This document shows, one piece after another, positions 39,235-48,330 of a DNA stretch of 64,000 nucleotides. Below the pieces are notes generated by a model that saw only the letters and a program-made list of their open reading frames with translations, did not search any database and was not told the DNA's origin. The position numbers and the translations under genes were made by a program. The DNA comes from an uncultured Pseudomonadales bacterium (GTDB lineage: Bacteria > Patescibacteriota > Microgenomatia > UBA1400 > PJMF01): NCBI GenBank assembly GCA_964393205.1, contig CAYMSV010000002.1, positions 160,843-224,842 of the forward strand. Reading direction: 5' to 3'. Each line of letters begins with the position of its first letter. Positions within the stretch are counted from its first letter, which is position 1.

Positions 39235-39446
39235 AAGTAACTTTTCTATATTTTAAAAATATATATTTCTAGAAGCAAAATAGGTTCTCATTCTACCACA
39301 AAGCTCAAAAAATCTCTAAAAGAGCTTGAACCAAAATAAGGCCGAAAGAAAGTGATCATTTAAAAAAAAATAATCTAAAAAAAAGTAGCTTAAAAAGCTT
39401 AATAAATCAATATATTTTCTTAAAAAAGGCCTTTTTACACGTGAAA

Positions 39447-42437
39447 CTAAAAAGCAACCGCAAATAAAAAGTTGTCTTGATTGTCGTTCTTAAACTCAAT
39501 TACTTTATCTTGATAATTGGCTTGGGGAGCAATAAGACTGGGAGAAAAATCTTCAGCAAATAAAACTTTATAATGAGTTTGTTTGTTAAACAAACCAGCC
39601 TGTTTTTGATCTAAAAACACATAAGAAAATGGAGTCTTCAATTGATGAGGAACAAGATAAATTATCTCCAGAGTTACATTAGAAAGTATTGGAACAGTAA
39701 ATCTATGAGCCAAAACTCGCTTATTTTTTTCTTCAAACCATTTGTAGACGTTTCGATTAACAGCCTTTCCATTAAAAGTTATTCTTTCTAAACTGGCATT
39801 TTTTGGCAAATAAAATTTTAGATAAGCTTGATAGTTTCCTTCTGGCCAAAAGTTTTGGCGACCAAGATTTTCTAAACGGATTACGCGCTTATGACGAATA
39901 AACTTTTCGCTAATTCCTATACTATGATTTATTTCTTGAGTAATTAAACGATTAACTTTATTTAAGCCCACGTTGTTTTCTAACTGATAAATTCCATCCG
40001 TAAAGCATTGATCACCAACACCAGCAAATTCAGTTGGACAAGGAGTTTCTAGAATCTCTCCAGACCACAAATTGTTTTTTAAGATCTCTGATAATTCTTG
40101 ATCATCACTGTACAAAAAAGCTTCTCTTTTATCTAAAGCTAAATTTAGTTTAGTTAAAATAAAAATAACTTCTTCTTTAGAAAGTTTTGATAAACGCTCA
40201 AAAAAACTATTCAAAACAGAATTAAAATCAACATTTTCTTGGCGCAATAGTTCTTCAAAAAAGTTATTTTGATTTAATTCAAATTCATTAATCATAAGAG
40301 GGGAGAGCACTTCTAGAAAATCATAAACCTCTTTGCTGTTTAAAGTTAAAATAAGATCAGGACGCATATTTAAACTTTGCTCTATAAACCAAGTAATATC
40401 TGAGCTAGCATCGGCAAAACTAGCCGGCCAATTAGCATCTCTCAATAGCAATCTGTTGGCTACCAACATACTTCTTAATTCTTCAGGAGCCTCTCTTTCA
40501 CCATAAATCCTTTTGTCTAGATCGCTTACATCATAAACCCGCCAATTTAATAAATGACTATTCTCAAAACTTAAATTAACCACAGAAACCAAAAACCCCC
40601 CACTTGATCTCAACTCATTGCTATCTTGAATTAAAACTACAAGATTACTTCTTGCAGGACTTAACAAAAACCTACTTAGAGATTCTAAAAACATTGTTGA
40701 ACGTTGCTGAGACGCCAACTCTTTTAGGGTTTTTGCTTTATATTGAGCTAAAATTTCTGCCTGTGCTTTTGGCAAAATTTCAGGATTCAATTGATCTAAA
40801 AGGCTGCTTAACTCCTGCTTAAACTGATAAAATTCTTGATTTTTTGTCAAATAATTTGCCCAATCAACGCTCACATCACCATCTGTTTTTAATACTGCTT
40901 GATAAAGCTTAAATGTTTCATCGTCTAGCTCCTGTGCTAAAACTGCTTGTTTTTTTAAATGCTCAAAAATTTGCCAATAATTATTAGGTGTTGAGAAAAT
41001 TTCCTCACCAATTAGTTCTCCATAATTATCTAATTGCCACTTTAAAAAATGGTAATCTCTTTTACCCTGAAAATTATTCTTATCAGTTAAATTAGCCTGA
41101 ATAACAGCCAGCAAGTCTTTTTCAAAAAGTTTTTGAGTAAAATAAAAATTAGCAAACAAAACTAAAACCAAGGTGCCTATTAGAGATAAAAAAATGCCAA
41201 AGTAAAAAGAGAGGCGGCGATATTTACTCTTTTTTACAATTTTTTTTGCACCTTTTAGATTTTGTTTAAAACGCTGCTGATGCCTATTTTTTTGTTCTTT
41301 ACGAAAAATGTCTTGGAGGGTTTTATCAATATTGTTTGATTCATCAATCTTATTTTTATCTTTTACCGTTAAATCATCAGTTTTTTGTAAATTTTGTTCT
41401 AAATTATTTTCAAGCTGATTGGTTCTGCTTACATTTTTATTAAGCTCAGAGGCTCTCTCAGCATCATTTTCCAGCTTTTCATCATCGTTTGTTGTAGTTA
41501 TTTTTGACAGTGACTCTTTGGCTATTTTTTGCGCCTCAATCACTTGCAGATTGTTTTTATCTAAAAGCATTTCTTTATTAAGAGAAAGAGGAAGTTGGCG
41601 GATTTTTTCATCTAAAACTTCAAGTACCTTTTTGTCAGAGTTATAAACCCTTATAAAATCTGCTAAAAAATAATTTTCTTCTCTCGGTTGTAAAAATAGC
41701 TCTAAAACATCAAATTTTTGCAAAAAATATCGACTACATAAGTCCTTGGCTTTTAACAAAAATTTTGTACTGTGAGTTTTTTGTCCTCTTAACAAGTGTT
41801 TTTCACTTGGCTTGCTTTGAAAAAATAAAGTTTTAAAACTTCTTAAAAAACCATCTTGAGTCTGCCAGTAGCAATTATTTTGACTGTCTAAAAGAAATTG
41901 TTTTTTAAAGGGGCTAAAAAACAAATTAAATTTTAAATTAAAATCAAAATCTAAATTTAAAATATCTTCTACTAAACAAAATTGAGCTAAGGGAAAAGCC
42001 TTGAGCGCTTGATTTAAAAAGCTATTTTGTTTAGACCAAAAATTTTTAAAATTGCTTAGCTCAAAATCCATGGGTGAAATTGGGGTAGAGTAGTTTAATA
42101 AAAAGAATATTGCTATCAACCGACCATCTTCTGCAAAACCTCGTTCAAAAGCTCGTAATACCTGCAAAAGAAAATCTGGGTTTTCTATATATGTTTTTTT
42201 AAAACCGCCTACGACCAAAAATTTATAAACCTCAGTGTTTTTAATTGCTTTATATTGTTTTAGGGCCTCACTTGGATCTGTAAAAGATTCTAATAACAAT
42301 AACCTTGCATCTAAAGCACAGTGCTTAAAAAAAAGTATTAAACCATCAATAAAGAGATTATTTTCTTCAGCTAATAAAAAAACTACAGGTCTATCATCAA
42401 TTAGTTCGCTTGTTAAATGTTGTTTTTGACCTATCAT
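39447..42437 (-). CDS. Large membrane-anchored DUF4012-domain protein
   Basis: QDSNELRSSGGF, LRDANW..SF, NNVG.NK.N, QKQAG; central TM; start moved to ATG 42437. Confidence 0.75.
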   Translation of the reverse strand: MIGQKQHLTSELIDDRPVVFLLAEENNLFIDGLILFFKHCALDARLLLLESFTDPSEALKQYKAIKNTEVYKFLVVGGFKKTYIENPDFLLQVLRAFERGFAEDGRLIAIFFLLNYSTPISPMDFELSNFKNFWSKQNSFLNQALKAFPLAQFCLVEDILNLDFDFNLKFNLFFSPFKKQFLLDSQNNCYWQTQDGFLRSFKTLFFQSKPSEKHLLRGQKTHSTKFLLKAKDLCSRYFLQKFDVLELFLQPREENYFLADFIRVYNSDKKVLEVLDEKIRQLPLSLNKEMLLDKNNLQVIEAQKIAKESLSKITTTNDDEKLENDAERASELNKNVSRTNQLENNLEQNLQKTDDLTVKDKNKIDESNNIDKTLQDIFRKEQKNRHQQRFKQNLKGAKKIVKKSKYRRLSFYFGIFLSLIGTLVLVLFANFYFTQKLFEKDLLAVIQANLTDKNNFQGKRDYHFLKWQLDNYGELIGEEIFSTPNNYWQIFEHLKKQAVLAQELDDETFKLYQAVLKTDGDVSVDWANYLTKNQEFYQFKQELSSLLDQLNPEILPKAQAEILAQYKAKTLKELASQQRSTMFLESLSRFLLSPARSNLVVLIQDSNELRSSGGFLVSVVNLSFENSHLLNWRVYDVSDLDKRIYGEREAPEELRSMLVANRLLLRDANWPASFADASSDITWFIEQSLNMRPDLILTLNSKEVYDFLEVLSPLMINEFELNQNNFFEELLRQENVDFNSVLNSFFERLSKLSKEEVIFILTKLNLALDKREAFLYSDDQELSEILKNNLWSGEILETPCPTEFAGVGDQCFTDGIYQLENNVGLNKVNRLITQEINHSIGISEKFIRHKRVIRLENLGRQNFWPEGNYQAYLKFYLPKNASLERITFNGKAVNRNVYKWFEEKNKRVLAHRFTVPILSNVTLEIIYLVPHQLKTPFSYVFLDQKQAGLFNKQTHYKVLFAEDFSPSLIAPQANYQDKVIEFKNDNQDNFLFAVAF

Positions 42438-42471
42438 TTCTAAACAACATTGTAAATTAAAGCCCAAGTAA

Positions 42472-42900
42472 TTAACAAGCTCGATCCATAGCATCGTTAG
42501 CTAGTTGATCAGCAATTTTATTTTTTTCTCTCAGCAGGTGTTTAATAAAAATCGGATAGGGTAGAGTACTTAAATTTTTCCAAGAAGCTTCTGCTAATTT
42601 TCTTAATTCCGCTTTCTTAATTTTCCAGCGTCGATTAATTTGTTCAACAAGTAGTTTAGAATCTGAATAAAGCTCAGCACTCTCTATCAAGCCAGGATTT
42701 TTAATTTCATAACGTAATAAAAAATTTAAGGCCTCTAAAAAAGCTAAATATTCAGCCTCATTATTTGTCTTAGTACCTAAAAATTTAGCCTCATGGTAAA
42801 TTTCTTTAGCACTAGAATCTTCTATATAAATTCCAGCGCCTGCTATTCCAGGGTTACCCCTCGACCCACCATCAGTATAAATTCTTATTTTTTTTCCCAT
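42472..42900 (-). CDS. rnhA: Ribonuclease HI
   Basis: YTDGGSRGNPG, TNNEAEY, DSKL.V.Q, RE.N..AD.LAN. Confidence 0.93.
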   Translation of the reverse strand: MGKKIRIYTDGGSRGNPGIAGAGIYIEDSSAKEIYHEAKFLGTKTNNEAEYLAFLEALNFLLRYEIKNPGLIESAELYSDSKLLVEQINRRWKIKKAELRKLAEASWKNLSTLPYPIFIKHLLREKNKIADQLANDAMDRAC

Positions 42901-42957
42901 ACCAAAAATTTTAAAATTAAATTATTAATGCATAATTAACGCATAATTATTGCAACC

Positions 42958-43422
42958 TCAAGCGTCTTGATTCTTGACCTCAATAATTAAAACTCTTCCC
43001 AAATCTCTATCCTCAGAATGAGTGTATATTTTTTCCAAACCAACTTCTTTAGCAATTGCCTCGTGGACCAAATGTCTTTCATAGGAATTTAGGTAACGAA
43101 ACTCATAGGACCGTCCAGTTTCCAAAACTCTTTGAGCTAAATCTAAAGCTTTTTCTTTCAACCGTTCTTCTTGTCGTAACTTATAATCATTAATGTCTAG
43201 GCTTATACGCTTATCTTCATAGTCATCTTTAAAACTTAATTTAGTTAACAATTCGATAGCGCTTAGAGTTTCCCCTCTGCTACCAATTAACAAAGCAGTA
43301 TCTTTTTCATCAGTTTTAATGTTTATTTGAACTCTTTCCTCTCCCTCCTCAACTTTAATTTCAATTTCTCCTTCAACTCCCAAATATTCAATTAATTTAC
43401 TCAGGTATTCTTCGATTTTCAT
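42958..43422 (-). CDS. jag: Jag/EloR (KhpB) KH-R3H RNA-binding protein, short form
   Basis: LLIG..GETL.A, LDINDY, ERHLVH (R3H); follows yidC. Confidence 0.85.
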   Translation of the reverse strand: MKIEEYLSKLIEYLGVEGEIEIKVEEGEERVQINIKTDEKDTALLIGSRGETLSAIELLTKLSFKDDYEDKRISLDINDYKLRQEERLKEKALDLAQRVLETGRSYEFRYLNSYERHLVHEAIAKEVGLEKIYTHSEDRDLGRVLIIEVKNQDA

Positions 43423-43432
43423 AATTAGTCTT

Positions 43433-44455
43433 TCAAGAGCGCTTCTTTTTTTTGGCTGCTCGTTTTTTTTGCTGACGACTTTTTTTAATTTTTTCTTGTT
43501 TTTTCACTTTAGTGGCCCTGGTATTTTTAGTTGGTAAAGACTCTGTACTTGCACCTCTTTTCATCAAAAGTTCAGCTAATTCTGTATTTTTTTTATTACT
43601 ATCTTTTGTTTTTAATATTTTCTTTAAAGGAGTCTCCTTAACTATTTTTTGCTTTTTATTTTCTTCTATCAAAATATTTTTACCTTGCTCTTCCGACAAA
43701 AGTTTAGCTCCAAAAAGACCTTTCTTTGCGACATGATTATTCCAAAAAACAGCAATTCCTCCTAAACCAGAAACAAAATATTGAGTAACAATACTAAAAA
43801 CTGTTCCCATAATCCAATATAAAGCTAAACCAGAGGGTAATCTTAAAGCAATTATACCAGTCATAATTGGCATTAAAAACATCATTTGTTGCTGCATGGT
43901 AGAAGCCATTTCAGCTATGTCTTCTTCTTTCTCATTAGCTTTCTTTAACAACTCGTCTTGGGTTTTATTCGGCACCACATCTCTGGTTTGAGTAGCAGGA
44001 GAGATCATTAAAGATAAAATAAATTGGCTAAGAGCTGCTAAAATTGGAAAAATATATAATCCATCTGGTTGACTAAGATCAGTCCATAAAAAATTAAAAT
44101 TTAATCCATTTGACTGATCAAATAAACCAATAATTGCTCGATACAAAATAATTAAAATCACTAATTGAATTAATTGAGGTAAACAACCAGCTAGAGGATT
44201 AATATTATAGCTTTTATAAAGTTGAGATTGAGCAAGAGCATATCCTTGTTTATCTCCCTTATATTTTTCTTTAAGTTTTTTTAATTCTGGCTGGAGTTTT
44301 TTAATTTTTTGACTCGACTTAATGCTTGGTAAGGTTAAGGGTAAAATTAATAAACGAATAATTATAGTAAAAACTATAAGAGCTAACCCAACACTACCTA
44401 AAGCACTATTAAAAAACAATAAAACTTCGCTAAAAAAAGTAATTAAAAATCCCAT
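43433..44455 (-). CDS. yidC: Membrane protein insertase YidC
   Basis: IR..ILPL, LQPE, NPLAGCLP..IQ, PSGLALYW; long basic tail. Confidence 0.93.
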   Translation of the reverse strand: MGFLITFFSEVLLFFNSALGSVGLALIVFTIIIRLLILPLTLPSIKSSQKIKKLQPELKKLKEKYKGDKQGYALAQSQLYKSYNINPLAGCLPQLIQLVILIILYRAIIGLFDQSNGLNFNFLWTDLSQPDGLYIFPILAALSQFILSLMISPATQTRDVVPNKTQDELLKKANEKEEDIAEMASTMQQQMMFLMPIMTGIIALRLPSGLALYWIMGTVFSIVTQYFVSGLGGIAVFWNNHVAKKGLFGAKLLSEEQGKNILIEENKKQKIVKETPLKKILKTKDSNKKNTELAELLMKRGASTESLPTKNTRATKVKKQEKIKKSRQQKKRAAKKKKRS

Positions 44456-44462
44456 AAATTTC

Positions 44463-44645
44463 TTAGTGGCGACAATTAAGCGCTCGCCAAATTCCTTTCG
44501 CTAACCCGATAATTGTACCATTCTTTTTTATTTCCAGAGTAGTATATTGACTACAGCTTGGCACCTGACCGCACACTGAAGAGTAACCAAAAACACTATA
44601 CATAATATTATGCCGAATCGTACTTAAAAACTTATATACTTTCAT
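44463..44645 (-). CDS. yidD: Membrane protein insertion efficiency factor YidD (short)
   Basis: C...PSCSQY....I.K.G...G.....R...C; between rnpA and yidC. Confidence 0.75.
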   Translation of the reverse strand: MKVYKFLSTIRHNIMYSVFGYSSVCGQVPSCSQYTTLEIKKNGTIIGLAKGIWRALNCRH

Positions 44646-44998
44646 ATTTGTTTTAAAAATGTATTTAAATCTTCTTCTAAACCACTCACTTTGAAATCTC
44701 GATTTTTATAAACAATAATTAAATCAAAATTTTTATTGAACAAGCTTTCTTTTTTAACCTCTAACATCTCTTTGTTTTTTTTAATAATTAGGTTATAGAG
44801 TAATCGCCTATGATGGTTGCGCTGATGGGCTTTGGGGAAAAGTCTTGAGGGGGCTAGAGCAGTAGTTTTTAATCCGCTTTTGTTTGGTCGATAATAAAAT
44901 AATAAATCCTTGCCCACATATTGTTGACTCAAACCACTCTTAAACATTTGACTATTTTCTGTCAAAGTTAAATTGAGGCGGTGTTTTTTTGCCAACAT
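44642..44998 (-). CDS. rnpA: RNase P protein component (divergent)
   Basis: ML.K.HRL start, KAHQRNHHRR (RNR-like motif), synteny with rpmH and yidD. Confidence 0.75.
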   Translation of the reverse strand: MLAKKHRLNLTLTENSQMFKSGLSQQYVGKDLLFYYRPNKSGLKTTALAPSRLFPKAHQRNHHRRLLYNLIIKKNKEMLEVKKESLFNKNFDLIIVYKNRDFKVSGLEEDLNTFLKQI

Positions 44999-45041
44999 TA
45001 AGTTTAATTTTACTCTAAAAAAAAGAAAAAGTGTTAAAAAT

Positions 45042-45188
45042 TTAAGCTTTTTTAATTACAGTTAGTTTTTTGCGTTTTTTCGCTCTACGTCTAGCTAAAG
45101 TTTTTCGTCCTCCTAAAGTAGACATTCTTTTTAAAAAGCCGTGCATTCTTAAGCGCTTCTTTTTTTTAGGATTCCAGGTTCTTTTCAT
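45042..45188 (-). CDS. rpmH: 50S ribosomal protein L34 (absent from ORF track)
   Basis: Translated by hand: [48 protein letters not shown]. Confidence 0.96.
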   Translation of the reverse strand: MKRTWNPKKKKRLRMHGFLKRMSTLGGRKTLARRRAKKRKKLTVIKKA

Positions 45189-45209
45189 AAGCGATTATTA
45201 TAACATGAC

Positions 45210-46349
45210 TTATTCGTTGACTCTAAAGGGCATGCTAATATATAAATAATTTTTATCACTCGGATTGGTAAACTTTGCTGGTTTCAAACTTTCATTCACA
45301 CTTAAAAATATTTTTTCTGCATCAACAGCATTAACAAAATCAATTAAATACAAAACGTTGAAGGCTATTTGTAGCTCATTTAACTCTTCTTTTGAAATTT
45401 CCGTATCTATCTCAATAGGCATTTCTCCAACATATTCTCCATAGGTTGGAGAAATAGATTTTATTATTAAATAATTATTTTTGTTTTCATTTTTAAATGA
45501 TAAACGAACAATGTTTGAACTCTCTCTTGAAAAAATTTGTGCTCTTTTAAGTTGATCTAAAAATTCTTCGCTACCAATATGTGCTTTTAATTTAAAGTTT
45601 GGTGGAATAATTTTTTGATAGGGTGGGTAGTCTCCTTCAATTAATCTAACAAAAAATTCAATACCATCAACTTTAAACAAAAGTTGTTTAAGTTCTTCAG
45701 CCACAATTATTTCCACTTCATCGCTCTGACATTGTTTGGCTATTCTCAATAGTTCACTTAGCGCTTTAGCTGGAACCATTAAATTTTTAGTAAAAGAAAA
45801 TTTAAGTTTATTAAGCTCAATATTAGCTAATCTAAATCCATCTGTTCCAACAACGGTTAATCCTTTTTCAGAAAATTTCATTAACAGTGATGTCAATACT
45901 GGTCTTGTTTGATCGGTGCTCGTAGCAAAAATTACTAACTTCTGAATCTTTTCCAAGTCTGATGTTTGTAATTTAAAAGAATCACCGCTAACTTCAGGAA
46001 ATTTAGGATATTCTTCTGTTGATTGACAACTTAATTTAATTTTTGTTTTTCCTTGAGTTATTTTTAAAACAGAATCTACTAATTCTAAAGTAATTTTCCC
46101 AGGAGAAAGAGAGAAAATTAAACTACGAAAAGTATCTCCATCTACCACTAAAGATCCTTTTTCTTTAACTTCAACAACTGTGCTCGACCTCATACCTAAA
46201 TATAAGTCTGTTGCGGCTAAAATCAACTTATTATCTTGGGCTTTAAGAAAAATAGATGACAAGATTGGCAATTGTGGCCTGCTTGGTATAATTTTTTGTA
46301 AATAAACAAGTTCTTGTTTAATGTTTTCTTGTAAGGCAATTATTTTCAT
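45210..46349 (-). CDS. dnaN: DNA polymerase III beta sliding clamp
   Basis: ATDL, RPVLT, TDGFRLA, RLIEG.YP.Y, FN..YL, MP.R. Confidence 0.96.
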   Translation of the reverse strand: MKIIALQENIKQELVYLQKIIPSRPQLPILSSIFLKAQDNKLILAATDLYLGMRSSTVVEVKEKGSLVVDGDTFRSLIFSLSPGKITLELVDSVLKITQGKTKIKLSCQSTEEYPKFPEVSGDSFKLQTSDLEKIQKLVIFATSTDQTRPVLTSLLMKFSEKGLTVVGTDGFRLANIELNKLKFSFTKNLMVPAKALSELLRIAKQCQSDEVEIIVAEELKQLLFKVDGIEFFVRLIEGDYPPYQKIIPPNFKLKAHIGSEEFLDQLKRAQIFSRESSNIVRLSFKNENKNNYLIIKSISPTYGEYVGEMPIEIDTEISKEELNELQIAFNVLYLIDFVNAVDAEKIFLSVNESLKPAKFTNPSDKNYLYISMPFRVNE

Positions 46350-46717
46350 AAACTTTATTGTAACTGATAAATTTTAATTTCTATAATTAATATATATAAA
46401 AATAGTAATAGTAGTAGTAGGCGTGGTGGAAAAGTGTAAAAGCGAAACCTACTTTAAGATTTTTACTCAAAAAAAATGTTTTTTTATAGAATATTTTTTT
46501 TGTTAATAAACGATTTAAAACGGTGAATTTTTTTGTGAATTTTTTAGAACACTTTTGTATAAGTTAGAAACTAATAAACAAAGTGATAAAAGATATTTCC
46601 TTTTTTTCACAGCTTATTCAGATTTTATCCACAGAGTTTTTCAGGTTTGTGGAAAACTCTCTGTTAATATTTGTTTTATTAACAAAAAGCAGGTATTTAT
46701 CAGCTTTTTTAATGTGC
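46350..46717. other. Replication origin oriC (dnaA-dnaN intergenic)
   Basis: DnaA boxes TTATCCACA 46625-33, TGTGGAAAA 46648-56, TTTTTCACA 46603-11, GGTGGAAAA 46425-33; DnaA-trio run TAGTAATAGTAGTAGTAG 46403-20 next to an AT-rich tract; apparent G/C skew change judged by eye. Confidence 0.85.
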
Positions 46718-48226
46718 CTACTTAGAAATAGCCACTAAAGACATTTTTAAGGCAGAAACATCTTGAATGGTTGTTTCGTCAACTAAAAGTTCTTTTTCAA
46801 TCTTTTTAACTGCGTGAATGACGCTGGTGTGGTCTCGACCACTAAACCACTGACCGATTTCTTCAAGAGAGCTATTTAGTTCTTGTCTTAAAAGGTACAT
46901 AGCAATATGACGAGCTCTAACTAACTCTTTATTGCGTCTACCACCCTTAATAGCACTTTGTTTGAGGTGAAAATGATTGCTAACACTTTGAATAATATCT
47001 TGAGGTTTAACTTTAAGCATTTTTTTATGATTTTGTCTAATTTCTTTTTTAAGAATTAAATCAATTAATTCAACATTGATTTCTGCTCCCTGTAATTCAA
47101 CGGCACTACGAATTTTTTTGATAATTCCTTCAATTCTTCTGGCACTGTCAACTTGAGCTGCAATTCTTTGAGCTAAATGATTGGGAATATTGATATGATT
47201 TGATTGAGCCTTGAGTAATAAAATTGCAGTGCGAAGCTCTAGGGTTGGTTGTTGAATATCAATCATTAGACCAGCTTCAAAGCGCGAGCGAATTCTGTCT
47301 TCCAGCAAACTAATTTCATGAGGAGGAAGGTCGGAGGTTAAAATAACTTGTGAGTTGTTTCCAGTTAGAGCATTAAATGTATGAAAAAATTCTTCCTGAA
47401 CACTTTTTTTACCAGCAATAAACTGAATGTCATCTAAGAGTAATAATTCAGCTCTTCGATATTTGTTGCGAAATTGAGCTGAATTTTTATTTTGAATGGA
47501 TCGAATAATTTCATTAGTGAATTGCTCGCCGGTACAAAAAACAATGTTGGTGTCTGGATCATTTTTTAATATGTAATTGGCGATAGCGTGCATAAGATGT
47601 GTTTTTCCTACACCAACACCTCCATATAGAAAGAGGGGGTTGTAGCTTGAGCCGGGACTGCTAGCGACTTTGGTAGCGGCTGCATGAGCCATTTGATTGC
47701 TAGGATCAACAGCAAAATTATTAAAGGTAAAATCATTCTTAAGACCAATTTGTTTTGCTCTTAAATTAAACCTGTCAACAGCATTATTTTCAATATTTGA
47801 ATAAGAAAAGAGCTCATCTACCGTGGGAGAAACGAGTTCTAGACCATTAGTGCTTTTATCTGTTTTTTGAGACTGCTTTTTTTTAGAATTCAAACGTTGG
47901 TCGGTTTGAACAAAACTATTATTTTGTTTTTCTGTTTTTTTACTGTTACCTACTACAAAGTTTATTTCCAGCGGTCTGTTTACGTATTTTTCTAAGGCTG
48001 TTTTGATTGGCAAATAAAGATTAGATTTTAAATTAGTTGCATGAAACGCAGTCATGCAATTAATGGTTGCTTCAGCTTTTAATTCATCAATAACTCGTAA
48101 TTGAGTGAGTGGGCTGGGGAGAATCCAGGTATTAAAAATTGCTGGACTTAAGCTACTTTCCAGATCGTTTTTAGCCATTTGCCAAATTTGTTCAATGGTT
48201 TGAGAGTCATAAGCTTGTTCTGACAT
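46718..48226 (-). CDS. dnaA: Chromosomal replication initiator DnaA
   Basis: YNPLFLYGGVGVGKTHL, LLDDIQF, QEEFFHTFN, RDHTSV.HA. Confidence 0.98.
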   Translation of the reverse strand: MSEQAYDSQTIEQIWQMAKNDLESSLSPAIFNTWILPSPLTQLRVIDELKAEATINCMTAFHATNLKSNLYLPIKTALEKYVNRPLEINFVVGNSKKTEKQNNSFVQTDQRLNSKKKQSQKTDKSTNGLELVSPTVDELFSYSNIENNAVDRFNLRAKQIGLKNDFTFNNFAVDPSNQMAHAAATKVASSPGSSYNPLFLYGGVGVGKTHLMHAIANYILKNDPDTNIVFCTGEQFTNEIIRSIQNKNSAQFRNKYRRAELLLLDDIQFIAGKKSVQEEFFHTFNALTGNNSQVILTSDLPPHEISLLEDRIRSRFEAGLMIDIQQPTLELRTAILLLKAQSNHINIPNHLAQRIAAQVDSARRIEGIIKKIRSAVELQGAEINVELIDLILKKEIRQNHKKMLKVKPQDIIQSVSNHFHLKQSAIKGGRRNKELVRARHIAMYLLRQELNSSLEEIGQWFSGRDHTSVIHAVKKIEKELLVDETTIQDVSALKMSLVAISK

Positions 48227-48290
48227 ACTAATCCTTAAACGTCTTTCTGGGGCAGAATTTAAAATTACAAAAGAAAATTAACACCCATAG

Positions 48291-48311
48291 TTATACACAG
48301 TGTTTTCCACA
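48291..48311. promoter_or_regulatory. Two DnaA boxes upstream of dnaA
   Basis: TTATACACA 48291-99 and TTTTCCACA 48303-11. Confidence 0.75.
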
Positions 48312-48330
48312 TTTGACAAGGGGCAGTTTT

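Noticed and set aside
39301-39327. AAGCTC...GAGCTT inverted repeat upstream of rplY as a regulatory RNA
   Set aside because: Only a short stem with a long loop, lying upstream of the likely rplY -10 element; insufficient support
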